Assembly (NCBI RefSeq): GCF_006345805.1
Contig: NC_043001.1
Location: 20,646,001 to 20,710,000, forward strand
DNA length: 64,000 nt
DNA from: Octopus sinensis
Lineage: Eukaryota
Direction of reading: 5' to 3'
Part shown: piece by piece, positions 25,507-37,930 of the stretch
How positions within the stretch are numbered: the first letter of the stretch is position 1
Layout of the letters: the number at the start of each line of letters is the position of its first letter
Notes under the pieces: model-generated
Databases searched by the model: none
The model's input: only the letters and a program-made list of their open reading frames with translations
Told to the model about the DNA's origin: nothing
Program-made: the position numbers and the translations under genes

Positions 25507-27276
25507 TAGTACCTTTATAATAATGTTCACTGGTTGAGTTTCGTCTAGTCTTCATATTAACATTGCAGGAGAAGATAATTTATTAAACTAGTCCAACCCA
25601 TGTCAACATGGAACATGGACATTAAATGATGTTGATGATGATGATAATGATAGTGATGATCATGATGATATTACCCTCATTTTCAGAAACAAAATTTTTT
25701 TCTATATTTACATACATGCTGTATTCGATTGGCTTCATTTCTAGTAGTTATCAGATGTTGCCAGCAGAGATAATAGAATGTTTTCTGGCTTATTTTTATT
25801 CCAGGTACAATGTTTTCAGAACACCTATCCACTACTGCTAATTAGGGTATCTAGATTAAGGTATCTATCAACTACTCCTTCAAAGCTGCCTGGGCATTTG
25901 AGAGAGTTTATTTTTTTTGTGTGCTCTTTATATAATTGTCCCTGCACACCTGAAGTCTACCTTCTTTGCCTATGTGTGATCACTCTACACCTCTTGTGTC
26001 CTCATAATTTACGCCACCTGGAATATCTACCTATACCTTTGCTATATGTGTCAAACACAGCCATTTCACTGCTAGTGGTAGGGTTCAGTCTTCTCTCTTA
26101 TGAATACTTTAGTCCCTGCTAAGTTTTCTCTGAGGCTTCTCAATTCCAGGTTTTGCTTCCATGTCTGGAAATTTTCTCTAAATCATTGATGGAGGCATTG
26201 CTGTGTGGTTAAGAAGCTTACTTTACAACCATATGGTTTTGGGTTCAGTCCCAGTGTGTGGCACCTTGGACAATTATCTTCTACTATAGCCCTGGACCAA
26301 CCAATGCCTTGTGAGTGAATTTAGTAAAAGGAAACTGAAATAAGCCCATCGTATATGTGTGTATGTGTCCCCTTTTCACTGCTTAGCAAACGGAGTTGGT
26401 TTGTTTACATCCCTGTAAATTAGCAGTTTTGGCAAAAGAAACCAATAAATAAGTAGCAGACTTTGAAAATATGTATTGGGGTTGACTTGTTTGACTAAAC
26501 ACATCAAAGTGGTTCCCCAGTATGGCTGCAATCCAATGAGTGAAACAAGTAAAAGATGAAGGATCTACTGAAAAATTCAGCCATAAGAACTCAATCACCA
26601 GTACATAGGAATTCCCACGGGCAGCCTATTATGGCTTGGAGGACAATAATGAACAGAAGAAGACTGGGGGAAGAGTTCTAAAGGACATCTATGAAAATGC
26701 TTAATTTATTGCTGAAACACAGCTTGCCAACTATTTTTCTTCACAGAACTTGTAAGCTTCCAGTCCATTCGTCTATCCCCAGTTTTCCCAGTACCAACCA
26801 AATCCTGAGCATTGAACTTGTCAAATTTCTTCCCTAGGTCAACAAACGCTAGGTATAGGAGCATGCAGAGTGTACTTTAGTAGCACACATGTTCATTATA
26901 TGTGAGTGTGTGTGCTGTCTGACGTATGTGTTAAGGAAGCAATTTTTTATTCTCAAATGCTGGATAATGCTAATAATATAGCATGAACAAGATAAACTAC
27001 CCATATTTTGCAGAAAAATGTGTCAGTGACCAGCCATGAGTGTTTGTGCACATGAATGAGGGATTGGCAATAAATTGGCACGTTAAACAAAAGTGCTTCG
27101 TCGTATTTAGCCTGAGATGAGGTTATAGACCTTTATGCCAAGATGAGCTTAACCATTTGATACCTAGAGATTGATAAAATAAGTTGCAGACAAAATACTG
27201 GGATTATTGTAATCAGCTAAAATCCTAATGAGTGGTACCATGGCATATATGCAATTTAAAAAACATGAGAACCAAT

Positions 27277-27322
<46 letters not shown>

Positions 27323-30251
27323 CAGTTATATGTATGTAGATAAGTAGGTAGGTAGGGTGACCAATTCATGACATTGGTCATACATATTAAGACAGAGGCA
27401 TTTCATTTTACTGCCTTTTTGCATTTACTGTTGTTGAACTTGAAAAAAGTTTCATCTGAGAAGTTCTGTAAGAAATAAAACTAATTTTCCAACATATTTT
27501 AACAGAGTTATTTCTTCCTGTAATTAACACTTTCAATTTGAAATACAATATCTCGATTTAATTTCAGTTTAAATACCTATCTTGATGAGAAACAGGTGGA
27601 GAGACAGACAGACACACACATAAAGTTGCAGGCAGATAGACAGAGAAATAGACATATATAGAGAAAAACAGACATTTAGCCAGCCAGAGCCAGCCAGCTT
27701 GACAGACAGACGGACAGATACTTTATACAAGTGCAATAAATGGAACAAAGTATGTAATTAAATATACAGATATAATTAAATACTAGCAGTCGACAATACA
27801 AAAATAAACACATAAAAAGATAAATGGTTGCACTCAAAAAATTAAAGCACCGAAAGTTGAACCAAAAAGATAATGTTCTTAGCAGAAACAGGCTTCCAGG
27901 AAATTCCTGCTTAGAGAAAATATGAAACAAGTGGAGCTACATTCAGCGTGCATCCTCTCCTACTCCGTTCTTAATCAGAAGAATATTTGATCTAATATTA
28001 AATCAAGACACGAACGCAGTCAGTATATTGATATATTTTTCACTACTATAACCATCAGGATCTGAAACAAGGTGGAATAAGTTATGGCACGTAAAAAGCA
28101 CCCACTACACTCACGGAGTGGTTGGCGTTAGGAAGGGCATCCAGCTGTAGAAACACTGCCAGATCAGACTGGAGCCTGGTGCAGCCTCCTGGCTTCCCAG
28201 ACCCTGGTTGAACCGTCCAACCCATGCTAGCATGGAAAACGGACGTTAAACGACGATGATGATGATGTTATACATGTAAAAAGCAACCATGCAGGTGCCA
28301 CATACAGAGTACCCATGCTGGTGCTATGCAAAAGACACTTGTGTCAGTACCATGTGAAAAGCACCCAGTACATTCTGTAACATGGTTGGCATTAGGAAGG
28401 GCACCCCCAGCCAAAACAGATGACAGGAGCCTGGTGCAGCCCATCAGCTCACCACCTCTTGACAAACCATTCAACCCATGCCAGCATAGAAAACAGACAT
28501 TAAATGATGATTATGATGATGATAGAGGAAGAGGAGAAGGAGGAGGAGAAGAAGAAGAAGAAGAAGAATTGAATGATTTTCTAAACAATCGACTGTGGTA
28601 GCATGTTTGAAAATGTCAACCAAAGCCTTGTGAGTGGATTTGGTAGACGGAAACTGAAAGAAGCCCATCATATATATGTGTGTGTATATATATATATATG
28701 TATGTATGTATGTGTGTGTGTTTGTGTGTCTGTGTTTGTTTCCCCAACATCGCTTGACAACCGACACTGGTGTGTTTACGTCCCAGTAACTTAGTGGTTC
28801 GGCAAATGAGACCGATAGAATAAGTACTAGGCTTCCAAAGAATAAGTCCTGGAGTCGATTTGCTCAACTAAAGGCAGTGCTCCAGCATGGCCGCAGTCAA
28901 ATGACTGAAACAAGTAATAGAGTAAAAGAGTATGCGTGTGTGTCTGTAAATATATATATTTATATACTGTGCACATGTGTGTGTGTATATGTGTGCGTTT
29001 ACATCCCCATAACTTAGTGGTTCAGTGAAAGAGATTGACAGAATAAGTGCCAGGCTTTAAAAAATAAGTACTCTGTGTGTGTGTATGTGTATGTATGTGT
29101 GTGTGTGTGTGTGCATGTATATGTCTCTGTGTTTGTTCCTCTTCGCCACTTGACAACCAATGTTGGTTTATTTACATCCCCATAACTTAGAGATTCAGCA
29201 AAAGAAACTAACATTATAAGCACCAGACTTAAAATTAAGCACTGGAGTCGCTATGTGTGACTAAACCATTCAAGGCAGTGCTCCAGCATGAGCCACAATC
29301 CAACATCTGAAACAAGTAAAAGATGAAATATCTGAAACTTATACATTCAAATGTTGAAATAATTTATTACAGGAAATCAAAAAACTCGTCACAGAAAAAA
29401 AACAAAAAAAAACGACCAACATAACACAAATCAGATCTCATTCTATAAATAAACTCTTTAAGAGAAGACAGACACAGAAAACCATTTCTGACTAATTCCT
29501 GTTAAATGAAAAGGTGTAGCCATGTTTAAGAAAAACAGCCACAGATTTTTAACTCCTTCTTCGCTGACATAGGAACAAAACAGAGATAAGGTTCAACAGT
29601 CTAAGAATTTTAGTCAACTGAGAAATATTCAAACTATTTCTATTCAGACTGTTACTGATAGGCTGAAGTTTAAAAATTCTGCAATTGAGCACCTTTTTGA
29701 ATTTCATATATATATATATATGTGTGTGTGTGTGCCTGCATGCGCATGAGTATGTGTGTGTGTGTGATCATCATAGGCACAGGAGTGGCTGTGTGGTAAG
29801 AAGTTTGGTTCCAAACCACATGGCTCTGGGTTCAGTCCCACTGCATAGCACCTTGGGTAAGTATGTTCTACTATAGCCTCGGGTCAACTAAAGCCTTGTG
29901 AGTGGATTTAGAAGACAGCAACTGAAAGCCACGCCTATGCACACGTGTGTGTGTGTGTGTGTGTATGTACATGTGTACGTGCACATGTCTTTGTGTCTGT
30001 TTGTCCCCCATCATTGCTTGACAACCAGTGCTGGTGCGTTTACATCCCCATAACTTAGTGGTTCAGCGAAAGAGATCGACAGAATAAATGCCAAGCTTTA
30101 AAAAAATAAGTACTGGGGGGCAATTTGTTTGACTAAAATTTTTCTAGGCAGTGCCCCAGCATGGCCACAGTTTAATGCCTGAAACAAGTAAATATATATA
30201 TATATATATATATGTACGTACAGACAGACAGATAGATAGATACACACACAC

Positions 30252-30668
30252 GGCAGCGAGCTGGCAGAACCGTTAGCACGCCAGGCGATATGCATAGTGG
30301 TATTTTGTCCGCCGTTGCGTTCTGAGTTCAAATCCCGCTGAGGTCGACTTTGCCTTTTATCCTTTCGGGGTCGATAAATTAAGTACCAGTTACGCACTGG
30401 GGTCGATGTAATCGACTTAATCCCTTTGTCCCTCCTTGTTTGTCCCCTCTATGTTTAGCCCCTTGTGAGTAGTAAAAAAATAGGTATTTCGTCTGCCACT
30501 GCGCTCTGAGTTCAAATTCCGCCAAGGTCGACTTTACCTTTCATCCTTTCGGGGTCGATAAAATTAAGTACCAGTTACGCACTGGGGTCGATGTAATCGA
30601 ACTTAATCCGTTTGTTCCTCCTTGTTTGTTCCCCTCTGTGTTTAGCCCCTTGTGGGTAGTAAAGAAAC
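30252..30668 (+). repeat. Tandem dimer of SINE-B
   Basis: Same tail-to-internal junction (aaaataggtatttcgtctgcc) at ~30478. Confidence 0.85.
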
Positions 30669-32404
30669 AAATAGATACACACACATACACACATATAATA
30701 TGCTGTTGTGTTTTCTTTTATTGTTTGCAGATTTCTTTAAAGTGTTGTAAAAGGCATCCCAGAAATATGACATAATCACCATTCAGAGGATGGTAAAACT
30801 ACTTCTGTAATAATGCTGCACTGCCACTTGTTAAGTTCAATTTCAATGAGCAGCTATTCATAAGATTGATCAATAAATACTGAGAGATTTTTGCCTTATT
30901 CTATCTATACTTGTAATGCTTCATTACATAAAGCCTTGCACCCACCACCCTTTGTGTAGTCTAAATTCAGGTCAGCAGTAGCCATCAATATGGTATCCTG
31001 AATATAATCATAATAATACTAATGATGATGATGATGATAGTGATGATGATGGTGATGATGATGATTCTAAATAATTACTATTTTTAATAATCGCAATTAG
31101 AATAATACTGATGACTATTGATAAATTATAATAATGATGGTTAAATAATATTAATATCAATGCGAACAAAGGTTCTTCTATGTAGTTGCTCAACCTGCTA
31201 GACATAACAGCCAAATCTTCTTCATGTTACATTCTACATCTTAGATAAAAAGACACATTAAACAATGTTATGGTGGATCTAATGGGTCTGAAAACATGAA
31301 TATATAAAAGAGATGGGATGGTCTTAGCTGGAATGCCTTTTGATCATAAGTCTGTTTGATCAGGGCGGCCCTGGGGATAACCAAAAGATGTTACTGATAG
31401 TGGATTATGATATGCATCATACATTATTTGATATTTCAGTCTATACAAAACATAATTTCAAGATTAAGATCTTCAACAAAGATGCCATCTCTTTAATATT
31501 TTATGTTTAGTAATAGAAGCTTTTATTGATGTTTGGGGATTTCTTTATCTCTCCTTTCAATGGATGGTGACTCACAGAATGCTTTCAGTATCAACAAGGA
31601 AAACCACGTAAATGCAAGGGATATGCGTAGAGAAAGAAGGATTGATGTAGAAGAGATAAAGGAAGAAAGAAAGAAACAAGAAGGAGAAAGAAGAAATTAA
31701 AGAAATTAAGAAGTAAAAGGGAAAGGAGGAGGAATCTTAAATGGAATAAAAACAAATCTTAGAATGGAGAGAAAAATAGAAGTGAAGAAAAAAAAATTGG
31801 AGAATTGGAGAAACAACCTCTTCGTGTTATGTAATCTGAAAGACTGACCAGGGAAGTGGGACAATAAGACAAAAATGGTTCAGAAGCAGTGAACTAAAAG
31901 TAGAAACAGGAGGTGAGATTTAGTTGCATAATTACAAAGCTTAACCACAAAGAGCCATTGAAGTAAAGCAATTAAATTAGATTTATGTAAACTGCAGACT
32001 ATAAAATCTGCATAAAGAAAACAACTCTTTTATTTCAAGTTACCTAGTTCTCACAAAGTTGGAATATATCAAATCATGATCAAGTCTGTATCTACATCTA
32101 TTGAGTAATATACTGGCTGACACTCCCACATCAAAACAAGAAATAACTGGTATAGGTGTGTTCTAAATCTGGTTTGTTGGCATGGAGTTTATGTACAATT
32201 TAGCCTCACTCTGGTTTTTCTATTATTACCACAATAGCTTCTGTACCTTGGAGGTTTTGTCTTCTCCCACCATCAGGCTGGCACAGCCAATTCACTTATA
32301 TCTCATCTCATCAATCTCTTAATCCAGCCCCATCCCGTCCCTCAATCTCAACACTAACCACCTCTACTTCTTTCCTCCCCAATATTATTACCCAAAAGAA
32401 TTTC

Positions 32405-33176
32405 CTGGCAGAATCGTTAGCACGGCGGGCGAAATGCTTGGCGATATTTCGTCTGCCACTACATTCTGAGTTCAAATTCCGCAGAGGTCAACTTTGCCTT
32501 TCATCCTTTCGGGGTTGATTAAATAAGTACTAGTTATGCACTGGGGTCGATACAATCGACTTAATCCGATTGTCTGTCCTTGTTTGTCCTCTCTTTGTTT
32601 AGCCCCTTATGGGTAGTAAAGAAATAGGTATTTTGTCTGCCACTACATTGAGTTCAAATTCCGCCGAGGTCGACTTTGCCTTTCATCCTTTCGGGGTCGA
32701 TTAAATAAGTACCAGTTACGCACTGAGGTCGATGTAATCAACTTAATCTGTCTGTCTGTCCTTGTTTGTCCCCTCTGTGTTTAGCCCCTTGTGGGTAGTA
32801 AAGAAATAGGTATTTTGTCTGCCACTACATTGAGTTCAAATTCCGCCGAGGTCGACTTTGCCTTTCATCCTTTCGGGGTCAATTAAATAAGTACCAGTTA
32901 CGCACTGGGGTCGATGTAATCAACTTAATCCGTTTGTCTGTCCTTATTTATCCTCTCTGCGTTCAGCCCTTTGTTGGTAGTAAAGAAATAGGTATTTCAT
33001 CTGGCACTATGTTTTGAGTTCAAATTCTGCCGAGGTTGACTTTGCCTTTCATCCTTTTGCGGTCGATAAATTAAGTACCAGTTACGCACTGGGTTCGATG
33101 TAATCGACTTAATCCATTTCTGACCTTGTTTGTCCCCTCTATCTTTAGTCCCTTGTGGACAATAAAGAAATAAGAA
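32405..33176 (+). repeat. Head-to-tail tandem array of four SINE-B units (182-bp period)
   Basis: The junction gaaataggtattt recurs at 32621, 32803 and 32985. Confidence 0.9.
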
Positions 33177-33476
33177 TTTCCCATTTCTATTCATGTTTTT
33201 CCTGCTGTTGTTGAGAGGATCATCAATCACATCAATCTTGGAAGGCCTGTGAGACAGGTGAGACTGATGCAGCTGTGGACAGAGTCATAAGCTTGAAGTT
33301 GTCTATTACACTTCTACCACCATCACTCTGTTCGAGTTCTTCCTCAGCCATGTCACCACTAGTCAGCAAACAACTTGGAATACTTCCAACCTGCTGCTGT
33401 CACAATAGACAACCACCAAGACTGTAGCAAACAAGCCTGGCATGTAACATTTAAGCTCATAAATTGAGCCATCTAG

Positions 33477-33874
33477 GGATCTTTTCGGTTTGAACGGCAG
33501 TTTTTAAAAATAATTTCCACGTAACTAAACTCTTTTAAACTTCGTATACTGGTAGAATGTGTTTATAAAACATCTTTTTCTCTTGGCTTTATTGAGAAAA
33601 TTCTATAGTTTGTAAGATATTTGTTGTTTTTTTCTTTCTTCAATTTCTTCAATTTCAACCAATCAATGACGTCTATTGAGGTGAAAACATTCTGTGCCGT
33701 ATGAATATGTCCCTTGTTTAAGAAACAGATTCTGAAGAAAAAAAGATACCCTTCCCCCCACCCCTAACCCTAAAACAGATTGAAATGCAATAGATCGATA
33801 CTAGGGTCATAATTATGGGTGACAATTTCATATGACACCTCTAGAAAAAACTGCCGTTCAAACTGAAAAGATCC
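33477..33874 (-). mobile_element. Second copy of the TTAGGG-bearing MITE
   Basis: TSD ccatctag at 33469-33476 and 33875-33882. Same TIRs, (CCCTAA)2, small internal deletion. Confidence 0.85.
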
Positions 33875-34359
33875 CCATCTAGTCCAAATGATTTGCTCAT
33901 TGCTCAGATACCCAAAATGTCTACTACTGAAATTGGTTTTTCATAGCACTCTGCATCGTCAACCAAGAATCACAACAGACCATTTAAGTAGCCACCAAAA
34001 TCCACCATTTTCTGTTGTTGCAACTTGAGAACAGTCTGGTCAAGTAGTCATAAACCAACACACATCTACTTGGAACTAGATACCACATACCTCCTCTGTC
34101 AAAGATATGAGGGTTGGTTACCATGCTGCATCTCTGCTACTTGTAGTCAGTCACTGAATGTGTTCGTTCCCTTGTTTTCCATAGTGGAAGCCCCGGGATG
34201 AATAATGCATTCTTCATGCTTCAGGTCAAAGAATTAATGAAGAGTCATTCTTGTCACAGGACAATCACAAACAATGCTTTTCTAACTCCTCTAATTTGCT
34301 GTCCCCTTTTGCTACATTTTTACTGAAAACGACAGATTCTGTCTGAAACACACCTTATG

Positions 34360-34710
34360 TTATAATAATAATAATAATAATAATGAAATTATTGTATACA
34401 GTGCTCAGGTGCCCCACAACTTGTTGGAGTATATGCAGTAATGTACAAATGTCTGGAAAGCGAACAATGCATGAGTCAGATACATGCTTGTGTGTGTATG
34501 GAGGGGAGAAAATCAGGTGTAGTGTTGGCGAATCTCAGAAAGCATGGAAGTTTTGAAGGATGCAGTGCTCCGACAACTAACAACTGATGCCGGCAGTTTG
34601 TTCCAAGCTTCAGCAACTCTCAGCATGAAAAAATGTTTCCTGAAGTCATGGGAGCTGTGCTGTTTTCAGACTTTGTAAATATGTCCACGGGTGTTAGATG
34701 GGTGGAGTTA
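34360..34710 (-). mobile_element. CR1-group LINE 3' end with (TTA)n tail
   Basis: Minus-strand translation ...HDFRKHFFMLRVAEAWNKLPASVVSCRSTASFKTSM..., followed by the (TAA)n microsatellite at ~34362-34384. Confidence 0.7.
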
Positions 34711-34741
34711 TTAATAAGTGAACTGATCAATCCCTGCTTAA

Positions 34742-34961
34742 CCCTTTAGTGTTTAAACTGGCCATATCCGGCCCAGATATTCTACATGTTTTATATTCAA
34801 ACTGACCAGATCAGGCCTCTCATACCTAACCTACAATGTCATTCTAAAAATAAACAATCACATCATTGAAACCTCAAAGCTATAAGATAATGCATGACTA
34901 ATTAAAAACAATTTCAGTGAAAAAGTATTACATTTAACGGAGCAATCTGAACACTAAAGGG
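34742..34961 (+). mobile_element. piggyBac-type MITE family 1
   Basis: TTAA flanks, CCCTTTAG TIRs, same body as 7611-7829. Confidence 0.85.
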
Positions 34962-35589
34962 TTAATTAATTCATTAGTCTGATCCCTGAAATCTTTCCAT
35001 GCTGAGAAAGAAAAGCTTCATTTCTAATACTTGAGAAACTAAATGTTTGGATTTGTTTCCCACAATCGCCAATAATAACAAATGAATATAATTAGTCAAT
35101 TTCTCAGCACATGTTTATTTCTAACGAGCTTTTCAATGCTTAATTCCTTAAATACATTGAGACTAACTCACCTAGTGTAACAACAATTCTCTTAGAAATA
35201 TTTCCCCTGCCCCATCCTAAAACAACACTGAAAGTCACAGATATATATTTTTATGAAAACATATGAATATAAGAACTATGTCACGCTATAGACAAACAGA
35301 CATTTAGGCTGGTATGTTATTTATTTGATAAAAGCATATGGCAGTCAGCATTCAAATAATCACTTTCTCTCAATATCCATTGTTTTCTAAACCTTTATTT
35401 CATGTTGAATTTGTAAATAATTTATTTTGAATTCTATCAAATGATGTATGCATAGAAACCATCAATATTCTAAATTATCTTTCGTGTCCAAAATACGTCT
35501 TGTGGCACTGGATGGAATAAAATGCTGAAGAGAATAAGCACTGCATTTATGAGTGAGGAAGAATATCTTTACTATAGCATAAGCCCCAC

Positions 35590-35990
35590 TGCCTCTTATG
35601 GGGATGGAAGCACTCCGTCGGTTACGAAGACGAGGGTTCCGGTTGATCCGAATCAATGGAACAGCCTGCTCGTGAAATTAACGTGTAAGTGGCTGAGCAC
35701 TCCACAGACACGTGTACCCTTAACGTAGTTCTCGGGGATATTCAGCGTGACACAGAGAGTGACAAGGCCGGCCCTTTGAAATACAGGTACAACAGAAACA
35801 GGAAGTAAGAGTGAGAGAAAGTTGTGGTGAAAGTGTACAACAGGGATCACCACCATCCCCTGCTGGAGCCTCGTGGAGCTTTAGGTGTTTTCGCTCAATA
35901 AACACTCACAACGCCCGGTCTGGGAATCGAAACCGCGATCCTATGACCGCGAGTCCGCTGCCCTAACCACTGGGCCATTGCGCCTCCACA
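35590..35990 (-). mobile_element. tRNA-derived SINE family C (young, CpG-rich)
   Basis: Minus-strand head gtggaggcgcaatggcccagtggttagggcagcggactcgcggtcataggatcgcggtttcgattcccagaccgg. The same head with a different tail occurs at ~15275-15556(-). Confidence 0.8.
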
Positions 35991-36134
35991 CTGCCTCTTA
36001 TAAGATGACTGGGTCAATCTATCAGGCTACCATTTATACATTAGACAGAATAAAGGGTTGATCTCTTCAAGTATATAAATACTTTTATGTTTTAAAGATT
36101 GAAATAATTTTTTATAGAATTTTAAGTAACGCTA

Positions 36135-36545
36135 TTTACTCTTTTACTTGTTTCAGTCATTTGACTGCGGCCATGCTGGAGCACCGCCTTAAGTCGAGCA
36201 AATCGACCCCAGGACTTATTCTTTGTAAGCCTAGTACTTATTCTATTGGTATCTTTTACCGAACCGCTAAGTTACGGGGACGTAAACACACCAACATCGG
36301 TTGTCAAGCGATGTTGAGGGGGACAAACACAGACACACACACATGTGTGTGTGTGTGTGTGTATATATATATTACATATATACGATGGGCTTCTTTCAGT
36401 TTCCATCAACCAAAATCCACTCACAAGGCTTTGGTTGGCTTGAGGTTATAGTAGAAGACACTAGCCCAAAGTGCCACACAGTGGGAATGAACCCGGAACC
36501 ATGTGGTTGGTAAACAAGCTACTTACCACACAGCCACTCCTGCAC
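36135..36545 (-). mobile_element. SINE family A, full-length reverse copy
   Basis: Reverse complement of the family A head, body and tail. Confidence 0.85.
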
Positions 36546-37171
36546 CTACAATACTGTTATTCTTTATGTATTTCATAAAAATTATTGTCTCTAGTGCCAC
36601 ATAAAAAGCATCAGTGCTAGTGTTGCATAAAAAAGCACTCATGTTGGAGTCATGTAAAAAGCACCAAAGCTGGTGCCATAAATAAAGCAATGGTGTTGGT
36701 GCCACATAAAAAGAACCCAGCACACCTCCAGTTGTAGAAACCATGATAAAATAGACAATTGGAGCCTGGTGCAGCTCTTCAGCTTACTAACTCCTGTTTA
36801 ACTGCGCATCCCATGCCAACATAGAAAACAGACATTAAACGATGGTGATTTAGTGTAAAAACATCAATAGACTTTGTAATGGGTTTAACGATTATAAACT
36901 AACGAGGGCTATCATCTCCATAATAATGAAGCGCAAAATAATGTTGTTGTTTTTTACAGCGTTTATGGATTTCTAGAGTTACATAAACTTAACTGACAGA
37001 TTGTTGTGGCGATTTGATATGGATTGGTTTATGATATCTTCTCAAGTTGTTAAATTTATAGAAAAGAGAATGAATGATATATGTTCTCAGTGAATGAGAT
37101 TCTCATTGACAGTAGCAAATTAAAACAAATTTAAGATGAAACTTTCTTAAACATTCTTGCTGATCATATTA

Positions 37172-37570
37172 CATCATCGTCATCGTTTAACGTCCGCTTT
37201 CCATGCTAGCATGGGTTGGACGATTTCGACTGAGAGCTGGCGAACCAGATGGCTGCACCAGGCTCCAATCTTGATCTGGCAGAGTTTCTACAGCCGGATG
37301 CCCTTCCTAACGCCAACCACTCCGAGAGTGTAGCGGGTGCTTTTTATGTGCAAGTACTGGCAACGACCTCGCTCGAATCCTTTTACACATGCCACCAGCA
37401 CAGGTGCCAGTAAGGCAATGTTGGTAACGATCACGCTCGAATGGTGCCCTTTTACATGCCACAGGCACGGAAGCCAGTTGGCTGCTCTGGCAATGATCAT
37501 GCTCGGATGGTTCTCTTGGCACCCTACTAGCACGGGTACAAGTGCCAGTAAGGCGACGCTGGTAACATTG
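37172..37570 (-). mobile_element. RTE LINE 3' tail (variant Y)
   Basis: Reverse complement of the conserved tail. Confidence 0.75.
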
Positions 37571-37930
37571 TGTAATAATGTTAGCATATCTTTTCTTCTA
37601 CACGGAACCCCAAACAAGAAAAGATATCATTTCTACAACCAAAACAAAGATATTTCATCTGAGATCTTAGTCACTAAGAAATGAGGCTTATATAGAACAA
37701 GCCAGTAAAACAATCTCTCTAGTACTTAGGAAAAGACACCTGATCTGGATCAGTTTAATATACTAAGCTTTTACTAGTGTGTCCTCTTTTGCAAACACTC
37801 ACATCAAGCCACCTGTTTGATGCTAACACCATCTCTTGACATACTGCCTACAACTGCAGCATCCATTGAAAGTATTTCTAATTAGACTAGGGGCAAATTT
37901 CAATTTTTTTGTCTATTGAATAAGATTTGA

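Noticed and set aside
35925-35990. Possible tRNA gene (also the heads at ~44610 and ~51232)
   Set aside because: A/B boxes are present, but there is no complete cloverleaf and each continues into a SINE body.
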